From: Bacilli bacterium
GTDB lineage: Bacteria; Bacillota_I; Bacilli_A; Izemoplasmatales; Hujiaoplasmataceae
DNA: 64,000 nt
Direction of reading: 5' to 3'
Assembly: GCA_016935815.1 (NCBI GenBank)
Contig: JAFGQH010000079.1
Span: forward strand, 2,328 to 66,327
Below are positions 9,945-17,923 of this stretch, in pieces. Below the pieces are notes generated by a model that ran no database searches, was not told where the DNA came from, and saw only the letters and a program-made list of their open reading frames with translations. Position 1 is the stretch's first letter. Each line of letters opens with the position of its first letter. The translations under genes and the position numbers were made by a program.

Positions 9945-10877
9945 CTAGTTTGTTATTTTGGTTCCGCTTTTTCCTTGCAAAGCATCTCTTGCATGATCCA
10001 ATGACGCAATAATTGCGATGCGATGAGAACTTCCATTCACGAAGGCTTTCGCAGCTTCAATCTTTGGCAACATCGATCCTTTCAAGAAATGGCCTTCTGC
10101 TATATATTTGTCCAGTTCGGATATAGTAGCCGAATCCAGACTGATTTCATTTGGTTTGTTGAAGTTGATTTTGACTTTATCGACTGCGGTTAAAATAACA
10201 AGCATATCCGCATCCAATAATTCTGCCAGTTTGGCACTGGCAAAGTCCTTGTCTATGACTGCTGGGACACCAACATATTCCTTGCCGGATGCAATGACAG
10301 GAATCCCACCACCTCCAACTGTGATGACGAGATGTCCGGCATCCACCAAAGTTTTGATAATATCGAGTTCAACGATATTGACTGGTTTTGGACTTGGGAC
10401 AACGCGTCTATAACCGCGATTGGCGTCCTCGATCATCTGATAGCCTTTCGTGGATTCCAATTCTTTCGCTGTATCCAAATCATAGAATCTCCCAATCGGT
10501 TTGGTAGGATGCAAAAAAGCAGGATCGTGTTCATCGACTTCAACCTGAGTGACGATTGTTGCAACTTTTTGATCCATACCCTGCTCTCTTAATTCTTTTA
10601 ATAAAGCATTTTGCAAATGATATCCGATATATCCTTGACTCATTGCACCACATTCTGGAAATGGCATTTCCGGATTGGCAGAATTCAATTCGTGACTGGT
10701 CTCGAAGGAAAGGTTGATCATCCCGACTTGGGGTCCATTCCCATGAGCTAATATGACTTCGTTTCCGTCTTTCACCAATTCTACGATCGGTTTTACAGCA
10801 TGTTTCACTTTCTCGATTTGATCCAATGGTGAATGACCTAAAGCATTTCCACCTAAAGCAACGACTATTTTTCTCAT
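9945..10877 (-). CDS. arcC: Carbamate kinase
   Basis: [51 protein letters not shown]. Confidence 0.96.
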   Translation of the reverse strand: MRKIVVALGGNALGHSPLDQIEKVKHAVKPIVELVKDGNEVILAHGNGPQVGMINLSFETSHELNSANPEMPFPECGAMSQGYIGYHLQNALLKELREQGMDQKVATIVTQVEVDEHDPAFLHPTKPIGRFYDLDTAKELESTKGYQMIEDANRGYRRVVPSPKPVNIVELDIIKTLVDAGHLVITVGGGGIPVIASGKEYVGVPAVIDKDFASAKLAELLDADMLVILTAVDKVKINFNKPNEISLDSATISELDKYIAEGHFLKGSMLPKIEAAKAFVNGSSHRIAIIASLDHARDALQGKSGTKITN

Positions 10878-11875
10878 TTTGGCTCCCTCATAGTAGCGTA
10901 CATTACAGCTTTGATTGTATGAAGTCTGTTTTCGGCTTCATCGAATACAACCGATTGTTTGGATTCGAAAACGTCTTCAGTGACTTCCATTGCATCGATC
11001 CCGAATTTCTCAAAGATATCGACACCTATTTTTGTATCCTTATTATGGAATGCTGGTAAGCAGTGCATGAAGATTGCAGTTTCGCCTGCATTTTCCATAA
11101 TCTTTTGATTGACTTGATATGGCATTAATGTTTCAATCCGTTCTTTCCATACGGATTCCGGTTCTCCCATCGAGACCCAAACATCGGTGTAGATAACATC
11201 TGCGTTTTCCGATGCAATCATTGCGTCTTCTGTCAAGCGAATTATAGCGTTTGATTCCGCTGCGATTTTCTTGCAGGTTTCAACAAGATTCGCACTTGGC
11301 CATAACGCTTTTGGAGCACAAGCGGTGAAATTGATACCCATTTTTGCCGCTCCGATCATCAAACTATTTCCCATATTGTTTCTCGCATCTCCAAAATAGG
11401 TGAAGTTGATTCCTTCGAGATGACCAAATTTCTCTATGATAGTCAAGAAATCAGCTAGAATTTGAGTTGGATGATATTTATCAGTAAGACCATTCCATAC
11501 TGGAACACCAGAATATTCTCCAAGGATTTCTACGGTTTCTTGTTTGTATCCTCGATATTCAATACCGTCATACATTCTACCCAATACTCTTGCGGTATCT
11601 TTAATTGTTTCTTTTTTCCCCATCTGAGATCCCGTTGGACCAAGATAGGTTATATTCATTCCCAAATCATTCGCGCCGACTTGAAAAGCACATCTTGTTC
11701 TTGTAGAGTCTTTTTCGAAAAGAAGTACTACATTTTTCCCTGTCAATGGTCTGCATTCCGCATTGGCTTTTTTCTTTGCTTTGAGTTTGGCAGCCAAGGT
11801 CAACAGATCTGATATTTCTTCTTTGGAAAAGTCCAAAAGCGTTAAGAAATTCCTACCATAAAAAGAGTTGTTCAC
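10874..11875 (-). CDS. arcB: Ornithine carbamoyltransferase (probably catabolic)
   Basis: [27 protein letters not shown]; GTG start with AGGAGG SD; translationally coupled to arcC. Confidence 0.93.
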   Translation of the reverse strand: MNNSFYGRNFLTLLDFSKEEISDLLTLAAKLKAKKKANAECRPLTGKNVVLLFEKDSTRTRCAFQVGANDLGMNITYLGPTGSQMGKKETIKDTARVLGRMYDGIEYRGYKQETVEILGEYSGVPVWNGLTDKYHPTQILADFLTIIEKFGHLEGINFTYFGDARNNMGNSLMIGAAKMGINFTACAPKALWPSANLVETCKKIAAESNAIIRLTEDAMIASENADVIYTDVWVSMGEPESVWKERIETLMPYQVNQKIMENAGETAIFMHCLPAFHNKDTKIGVDIFEKFGIDAMEVTEDVFESKQSVVFDEAENRLHTIKAVMYATMREPK

Positions 11876-11951
11876 AATAATCCTCCTAAAAATGTTTTTC
11901 GTTTCTTTTTATAATTTAATTATAAAAAAAAGTGATTTACTCGCTATAAAA

Positions 11952-11974
11952 ATTATAACACTAAAGCGCTTACA
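11952..11974 (-). promoter_or_regulatory. Extended -10 promoter of the arcB operon with adjacent cre-like site
   Basis: Minus strand reads TGTAAGCGCTTTAG-TGT-TATAAT: a cre-like 14-mer (consensus TGWAARCGYTWNCA) abutting TGnTATAAT. Confidence 0.6.
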
Positions 11975-12079
11975 AAAAAACCCCCAATTTGAGAAAATGG
12001 CTTGAATCTAAATATATCTGCTTATTGTTGTCAATGTCTTCCATAATGTAGTATAATGATATATTAAGGTGAAGGAAAT

Positions 12080-12478
12080 ATGGCTTTAGATACTATAAAA
12101 ATGACAATGGACAGCAATTTTGTCGGTGAAATGGAGTCTCCTACTGGAGTTATCAGGATGGGAGATCAAGCAGGTGGAATGCAGCCTTATCACTTATTGT
12201 TTGGCGCATTGGCATCTTGTTTCTATTCAACCTTTCTTGTCATATCCAAGAAAAAGCGACTCACATTTGATAAAGCAGATGTTGTTGTTTCAGGATATAA
12301 AGAAAACACCGGGAAAGAAAAGAACTTGTTGGAACATGTGACGATAGAAATGACGATAACCAATCCAAGCAACGAAAAAGGCTTGGAAAAGAGTGCCGAA
12401 TTAGGAGCTCAGTTCTGTTCTATTCATGAGACGATAAGTCGTGTCGCAAAAGTTGAAACAATTGTGAAATTCCAATAG
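12080..12478 (+). CDS. OsmC/Ohr-family protein (YhfA-like)
   Basis: PYHLLFGALASC and AQFCSIHET, the two conserved Cys motifs. Confidence 0.85.
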   Translation: MALDTIKMTMDSNFVGEMESPTGVIRMGDQAGGMQPYHLLFGALASCFYSTFLVISKKKRLTFDKADVVVSGYKENTGKEKNLLEHVTIEMTITNPSNEKGLEKSAELGAQFCSIHETISRVAKVETIVKFQ

Positions 12479-12507
12479 AAAAGCAACTCGTCTGAGTTGC
12501 TTTTTTT
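12479..12507. terminator. Bidirectional intrinsic terminator
   Basis: AAAAGCAACTC-gtct-GAGTTGCTTTTTTT between convergent genes. Confidence 0.85.
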
Positions 12508-12524
12508 ATCTTTGTAGAATTGAA

Positions 12525-13652
12525 TCAATCGGCTACGTTTGGATCTCCATATGCGAACAATAATTCTGCGAAATCTTGATCGTAGAAATCGACAAATGGA
12601 TTTCTGTTTCTTTGTTCATCAAAATTGAGTTGAGCTTTTGCAATCTCATAGTCGCTTACTGGATCTTCCGCATTCCATTCCAACAATACATCAAGATACC
12701 CGTAGAAATAGGAACCTTCCACTGCGTTGGAATCGCCTTTGTCAACCAATGTCAAATATGGATACATCAATGTCATATAGAATAACATTCTTGCAATATC
12801 ACCTTTGTATTCATCCCCTGGATAGAACACTCCACCGGAGGAATAATATTTCGCAGATGCTCCAGATTCTTCTCCGAAGAAACTGTCTCCGTGTGTTGAA
12901 TTCGGAGAAGCCAAAGAATTCCAAAGGTTGAACAAGTCAGAGTAAAGACCAGAATCGGTATTGCTTGGACTGTGGTAAAAAGTACCATTGTCTAAGATAT
13001 GAGGTTCATAACGACTAATGGACGTACTACCACTTTGAGGTTTGATCTTCATATCGTTTCTCGCCCATACATGCTCTCTGTTTATCGTAACAGACACGGG
13101 TGAAGTGATTGAACCACCTGATCCCCAAGTAAGAGGTATCTGTTGATATGTTGAGGATGACGGCCAATCATATAGGACGACTTGGCTGCCGTCGTCATAT
13201 TCATAATAAATATATCTCGCCTCTCCATAGGTGACATAGCGGATCGTTGAGCGAAGCAAAGAAGCCATATCACTGATCACATCCGTACTATCTTGAATCG
13301 AAGCATAGTAATTGCTAAAACCGGAGTAATCGATGTTGAGCAATGATGGTTCACTGGATGTGGTAGTGGTAGAAGTAGCAGTCGTCGTAGACGAAACCGT
13401 AGTTGTAGTTGTTGATGTCGTAGTTGTTATAGTAGAGCTATCAGTTGAAGATACCGTTGTGGTTGTAAATGTAGTAGTGGTTTCAGTTGCAGTCACAGAA
13501 GTGTCTGTCACAGTCGAAGCTACAGTACTGCTAACCAGAGATGTTGTACTTGCAGTCGTTGTAGTTTTTGAGAACCAATTATCACAAGATACAACAGATA
13601 CGGATGCGATGCCCAGTAAAAATAGGATTAATAATCGTTTCATGTTTTTCAT
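12525..13652 (-). CDS. Lipoprotein with Ser/Thr-rich linker and C-terminal endonuclease I (EndA/NucM-like) domain
   Basis: Lipobox VVSC, ~75 aa Ser/Thr tract, then NREHVW, FYPGDEYKGDIARMLFYM, LLEWNAEDPVS, RNRNPFVD. Confidence 0.85.
   Translation of the reverse strand: MKNMKRLLILFLLGIASVSVVSCDNWFSKTTTTASTTSLVSSTVASTVTDTSVTATETTTTFTTTTVSSTDSSTITTTTSTTTTTVSSTTTATSTTTTSSEPSLLNIDYSGFSNYYASIQDSTDVISDMASLLRSTIRYVTYGEARYIYYEYDDGSQVVLYDWPSSSTYQQIPLTWGSGGSITSPVSVTINREHVWARNDMKIKPQSGSTSISRYEPHILDNGTFYHSPSNTDSGLYSDLFNLWNSLASPNSTHGDSFFGEESGASAKYYSSGGVFYPGDEYKGDIARMLFYMTLMYPYLTLVDKGDSNAVEGSYFYGYLDVLLEWNAEDPVSDYEIAKAQLNFDEQRNRNPFVDFYDQDFAELLFAYGDPNVAD
13360..13566 (-). repeat. Low-complexity Ser/Thr-coding tract (imperfect TTTTVSST repeats)
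   Basis: Translation TTTASTTSLVSSTVASTVTDTSVTATETTTTFTTTTVSSTDSSTITTTTSTTTTTVSSTTTATSTTTTSS. Confidence 0.8.
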
Positions 13653-13655
13653 AAT

Positions 13656-14843
13656 CTAGCCTTCTTTCGATGCATTTAGTAGTCTTGTATGTGTTTGATC
13701 CATTCCAACAGCACCGAGTGGGGCTGTGATGAAAATGGCTAATACCGAAATCGTTAATATCAGATTTCCTGCGGGAACTCCCATTGCTAAAGGTATCGCA
13801 CCAATAGCTGCTTGTACAGTCGCTTTAGGAGTATAGGAAATACAAGTGAATAGTTTCTCTTTTGCATTCAAACCGGTTTTGGAAACCGAGAGATAAACCG
13901 CAATCATTCGGAATACAAGAGAGGATAAAACCAATATCAATGCAAGTAATCCAGCTGTCTTAAATACCGTGATATCAACAGCAGCTCCGACTAGAACAAA
14001 CAGCATGATTTCAGCTGGTATCCAGATTTTGGAGAATTTATGAGTGAGTCGGTCGGCTAACACAGGATAGGTTTTTAAGATTGTCCCACCCAAAGCGATG
14101 ACTGCCAATAATCCGGAAATTGAAAAGAAATTCTTTATCAGATCTTCAAATACGACGATCAAGAAAGTGACACCGAATATTGCTAAGACTTTGACTGTGT
14201 CTCTGACATGGATTTTTTTGAATAAGAATACCATGAACAGACCGATTCCAATCCCTAGCAACAGACTAACTACAATCGTTACAGGGAACATTGCCAATGA
14301 AGTCAAAGCAAACGAATTAGTCTCATATGCCTGCAAAAAGATTGCGAATATAACGATTGCATAGATGTCATCAATCGATGAACCAGCAAGAATCATTTGT
14401 GGAATCTGTTTATCCGTACCAATCTTTTTTTGAATTAAGTGAATCATCCTCGGTACGACGACCGCTGGTGAAACAGCAGCCACAATGCTACCTAGCATGA
14501 ACCCTTCCACCAAAGTGATGCCAAAGATCCAAGTTGAGACGAATCCGATAAACAGGATTTCTACGGTTGCTGGAATAAAACTTAGTAGAATCGCTGGACG
14601 ACCCACTTTTTTGAGATCGTTCAGATCCAAAGATAAGCCGGCACGAAGTAGAATCACAATCAAAGCGATTTCTCTAAGATCGGTAGAGATGTTTAAAATA
14701 TCAGGTGATATCTGATTCAGCACAAAAGGTCCAAGAACAATACCTGTGAGCATGAACGCAATCAACCCAGGTATTCGGATCTTTTCGAATATGAGATTCA
14801 GTGTCAGACTGATAATCAGTATCAACGCGGTACTATATAACAT
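13656..14843 (-). CDS. Cation:proton antiporter (NhaP/NHA-like)
   Basis: About 12 hydrophobic segments; ALIVILLRAGL, AAVSPAVVVP, SSIDD, PKATVQAA. Confidence 0.88.
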   Translation of the reverse strand: MLYSTALILIISLTLNLIFEKIRIPGLIAFMLTGIVLGPFVLNQISPDILNISTDLREIALIVILLRAGLSLDLNDLKKVGRPAILLSFIPATVEILFIGFVSTWIFGITLVEGFMLGSIVAAVSPAVVVPRMIHLIQKKIGTDKQIPQMILAGSSIDDIYAIVIFAIFLQAYETNSFALTSLAMFPVTIVVSLLLGIGIGLFMVFLFKKIHVRDTVKVLAIFGVTFLIVVFEDLIKNFFSISGLLAVIALGGTILKTYPVLADRLTHKFSKIWIPAEIMLFVLVGAAVDITVFKTAGLLALILVLSSLVFRMIAVYLSVSKTGLNAKEKLFTCISYTPKATVQAAIGAIPLAMGVPAGNLILTISVLAIFITAPLGAVGMDQTHTRLLNASKEG

Positions 14844-14873
14844 AATAAACTCCTATATATAATCGTAATTGTA

Positions 14874-14902
14874 ATTATAGACACTTATGCAATGAAAGTC
14901 AA
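14874..14902 (-). promoter_or_regulatory. SigA-type promoter of antiporter-nuclease unit
   Basis: Minus strand TTGACT-17 nt-TATAAT. Confidence 0.65.
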
Positions 14903-14984
14903 GCATAACAAGACAGGTTTTATGGTTTTGGACGATATTTGTTTTGGTATGAATTCAACAAAAAAAAGAAGGTCTAAAAACCTT

Positions 14985-15299
14985 CTAATCGTTCAAATAG
15001 ATTTGAAACAAGCGCTCTACTTTTGCAAAATCGATAAACCGAGATTCTCTTAATATTTCTCTGCCTTCACTGAACACAAGGATTGTAGGCACGGTGAAAA
15101 CAAGGTGTTGTCCAGAAAACAGCGATACGTCTTCTAAATAGACTTGATACACAGGAATGGATTCATAACCCTTCATAAAATCCAAGAGTTTATCAGTCAA
15201 TGGCTTACAGACAACACAGGTCTTGGTTTTGGCTATCAAAATCATCAAATCCTGTTTGACTGCTGTTTCAAATTCTTCATACGTTTTGATTGTTTCCAT
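14985..15299 (-). CDS. Thioredoxin-family protein
   Basis: CVVC motif, cis-Pro motif VFTVPT, 104 aa. Confidence 0.8.
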   Translation of the reverse strand: METIKTYEEFETAVKQDLMILIAKTKTCVVCKPLTDKLLDFMKGYESIPVYQVYLEDVSLFSGQHLVFTVPTILVFSEGREILRESRFIDFAKVERLFQIYLND

Positions 15300-15422
15300 G
15301 TGATCTACCTCTCAACAGAAATATTATACCCGAAAAAAGAAAAAAACCAGTGAAATCTGTTTTTTTTATTTCAAAATTGATATAATTTTCATAACACTAT
15401 GAAATAGAATCGAGGAGAACCA

Positions 15423-17087
15423 ATGGAAAACAAAGTTTTAGCCATGGAAAAACGTCTCATGTCTCGCAACAAATGGACCTATAGTTTAGGTGGAATCGGT
15501 CGCGATATGATGTATTCGCTAGTAGCGACGTTTTTCATTACTTACATTCAGTTTTCCGGATTGAACTTGACCGCTGCGCAATTTTCAGTTATCGGTATTT
15601 TGCTTGTCATCGGTCGTGTTTGGGACGGAATCAACGACCCTATTATGGGAGGAATTGTAGATAACACAAGGTCCCGTTTTGGTAAATTCAAACCGTGGAT
15701 TGTATCGGGAGCTATTCTAACCGGTATCGCGGTTATTTTAATGTTCAATTACAGACCGGACGGTTGGGGATACGTCATATTCTTTGGAATCATTTATTTC
15801 TTCTGGGAGATCGCTTGGACATTAAATGATATCCCGTACTGGTCGTTATTGCCAAACTTGGCAAAGGAGAAGAAGGACAGAGATCAAATTGCGATGATGG
15901 TTGTCGTATTTGCGGCTGTTGGTGCTTTTCTAGCGAATGCCATCGTCAGTTTCACGACAGTAGGAAACGCCGTCAAAGGGTATTCGATGATATCCATTAC
16001 TTTCGTCATTTTCTTCTTGGCTTGTACGGCTTTAACAGTTTTTGGAGTCAAAGAACCAAGAATTCAAGATCCGGAAAAAGAAGAAAAGATCTCTTTCAAA
16101 GAGATGTTCCGCGCAATCAAGAACAATGACCAATTATTGTGGTCTGCACTTGCATTGCTTCTGTATAGTGTCGGATCCGGATTATTGGTAGCGCTCGGAT
16201 ACAATTTCTTTTATTTGGAGCTTGGATATAATGGCACAACGGTTTTGATCTTTGTCGCAACGTTTGGGGTAATGACGATTGTTGTTCAAAGTTTCTATGC
16301 TAAAATCGCAAAGAAATTCAAACGGCAAGCACTTTTGAAATTTTCCTTGGCAATTATCGCTTTCGGGTATTTCATGATGTTGTTGCTTGGCTTTATTCCA
16401 TTCTTGCCTATATCTCTTATTACAGTATGCATCTTCGGCGCACTGGTATTTGGAGGACAAGCCATATTCTATATGATATCGATTGTCAACATGACCAATA
16501 CAATCGAGTATAATGAGCTCAAAACCGGAAAACGGAATGAAGCAATCATGTTTAGTTTGAGACCTTTTGTCACCAAATTAGCCAGCGCATTGCAACAAGG
16601 TGTATTCACTTTGGTTTTAATTGTTTCTGGTATTTATGCATTAAGCCAAAACGTTTCTCAATTGGAAGCACAAAAAAATGTCTTCGATACATTGACTGCT
16701 TCGGAACAAGTAGATTACAAAGCCAATATCGTAACTCGTACCGTCATCATGGACAACATCGATATCGATGATTCCACAAAAGAAGAAGTGTATGATGCGT
16801 TGAATATCATTCTAACCGATAATTCATTCGAAGACAGTAATAATGATGGCGTCCAAGAAATGATTATCAATGCCGCGGCTGACGCTTCTTTCCATGATCA
16901 AGCGACAGATTCGATGCGAATCATTTTGAGAATCTCAATCACCATCGTTCCAATCTTGTTGATCACCGTTGCTTACTGGATTTTCCGTAATAAATTCATC
17001 ATTACTGAAGAGTATTATGATGATATGTTAAAGGAGATCCTAAATCGCGAAGAGAAGATACTTGAGGCGCAAAACAATCAGCAATAA
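15423..17087 (+). CDS. Glycoside-pentoside-hexuronide (MelB-like) MFS sugar:cation symporter
   Basis: RVWDGINDPIMGGIVDNTRSRFGKFKPW, DIPYWSL, IEYNELKTGKRNE; about 12 TMs. Confidence 0.9.
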   Translation: MENKVLAMEKRLMSRNKWTYSLGGIGRDMMYSLVATFFITYIQFSGLNLTAAQFSVIGILLVIGRVWDGINDPIMGGIVDNTRSRFGKFKPWIVSGAILTGIAVILMFNYRPDGWGYVIFFGIIYFFWEIAWTLNDIPYWSLLPNLAKEKKDRDQIAMMVVVFAAVGAFLANAIVSFTTVGNAVKGYSMISITFVIFFLACTALTVFGVKEPRIQDPEKEEKISFKEMFRAIKNNDQLLWSALALLLYSVGSGLLVALGYNFFYLELGYNGTTVLIFVATFGVMTIVVQSFYAKIAKKFKRQALLKFSLAIIAFGYFMMLLLGFIPFLPISLITVCIFGALVFGGQAIFYMISIVNMTNTIEYNELKTGKRNEAIMFSLRPFVTKLASALQQGVFTLVLIVSGIYALSQNVSQLEAQKNVFDTLTASEQVDYKANIVTRTVIMDNIDIDDSTKEEVYDALNIILTDNSFEDSNNDGVQEMIINAAADASFHDQATDSMRIILRISITIVPILLITVAYWIFRNKFIITEEYYDDMLKEILNREEKILEAQNNQQ

Positions 17088-17088
17088 C

Positions 17089-17119
17089 AATTGACATATG
17101 CCAATTATTATTATACAAT
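17089..17119 (+). promoter_or_regulatory. SigA promoter with palindromic operator over the -35
   Basis: TTGACA (17091)-17 nt-TACAAT (17114); inverted repeat AATTGaCATATGcCAATT at 17089-17106. Confidence 0.75.
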
Positions 17120-17141
17120 TGAACTGCAAAGGAGGATGACC

Positions 17142-17498
17142 ATGCCTAGACCAGAAAAACCTCGAAATATCTGCGAGATGCCGAAGTATTCCGTCTTTGG
17201 ACCAAAAGGGGAACGGATGAATAAATTGAAGCAAATCGAGTTGCCGATCGATGAGTTGGAAACAATTCGCTTGATTGATTATTTAGGATATAATCAAGAG
17301 GAAGCTGCCAACCAAATGAATGTCGCCAGAACCACCGTTCAACGCGTATACAATATTGCCCGCAAGAAAGTTGCCGAATCACTGATCGAAGGGGCTGTCA
17401 TCATCATTGAGGGCGGAGAAATCGTCTTGTGCGATCAGGATTGTGAAGACTGTCTTGGTCAAAGAAGATTTCGCAACCGACAAAACAATCAGAAATGA
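17142..17498 (+). CDS. DUF134 family HTH DNA-binding protein
   Basis: MPRPxKxR start after AGGAGG; DELETIRLIDYxGxNQEEAAxQMNVARTTVQxxYxxARKKVAxxL; C-terminal CxxxCxxC. Confidence 0.88.
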   Translation: MPRPEKPRNICEMPKYSVFGPKGERMNKLKQIELPIDELETIRLIDYLGYNQEEAANQMNVARTTVQRVYNIARKKVAESLIEGAVIIIEGGEIVLCDQDCEDCLGQRRFRNRQNNQK

Positions 17499-17511
17499 TT
17501 AGGAGGATAGA

Positions 17512-17874
17512 ATGAAAGTAGCTTTTGCAGTTGACAACAACATGATTACCGAACATTTTGGACATTGTGAGTATTTTGTCGTTTATGATGTAGAAGAAAA
17601 TATTGCCAAAGGATCGGAAATCATTAAGAATCCACCTCATCAAAGAGGATTCTTACCGAAATTCCTGAAAGACAATAGCATCGATGTTATCATCACTGGA
17701 AACATGGGAAAAATGGCAGTGAACAATCTCAAAACTTTGGGAATCGAATGTTACCTTGGTGTTTCCGGACAATTGGTCGATGTTTTGGATCAATTCCTGG
17801 CAGGAACATTGGAATCCAACGATGAAGTCTGTGAACAGCATATGCATCATGGAGAACATCATCACGATCACTAA
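17512..17874 (+). CDS. NifB/NifX-family (dinitrogenase FeMo-cofactor-like) metal-cluster-binding protein
   Basis: MKVAF..HFGHC..NPPH..ITGNMG..LGI pattern; C-terminal C-x2-HMHHGEHHHDH tail. Confidence 0.85.
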   Translation: MKVAFAVDNNMITEHFGHCEYFVVYDVEENIAKGSEIIKNPPHQRGFLPKFLKDNSIDVIITGNMGKMAVNNLKTLGIECYLGVSGQLVDVLDQFLAGTLESNDEVCEQHMHHGEHHHDH

Positions 17875-17880
17875 AATAAC

Positions 17881-17913
17881 AAAAACACTTTCCGATTTGG
17901 AAAGTGTTTTTTT
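17881..17913. terminator. Bidirectional intrinsic terminator
   Basis: AAAAACACTTTCC-gattt-GGAAAGTGTTTTTTT. Confidence 0.85.
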
Positions 17914-17923
17914 ATCCTGATGT

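Noticed and set aside
11876-12079. Possible cobalamin riboswitch ahead of the B12-dependent operon
   Set aside because: The leader is short and AT-rich with no B12-box or GGGAA/GCCACUG elements.
13333-13659. 108-aa Val-rich plus-strand ORF
   Set aside because: It is the antisense mirror of the Thr/Ser-rich linker (ACN codons read as GTN-rich); no SD or family signal.
14861-14880. AATCGTAAT Zur-box-like half site upstream of the antiporter
   Set aside because: The second half does not match ATTACGATT and the genes are not zinc-related.
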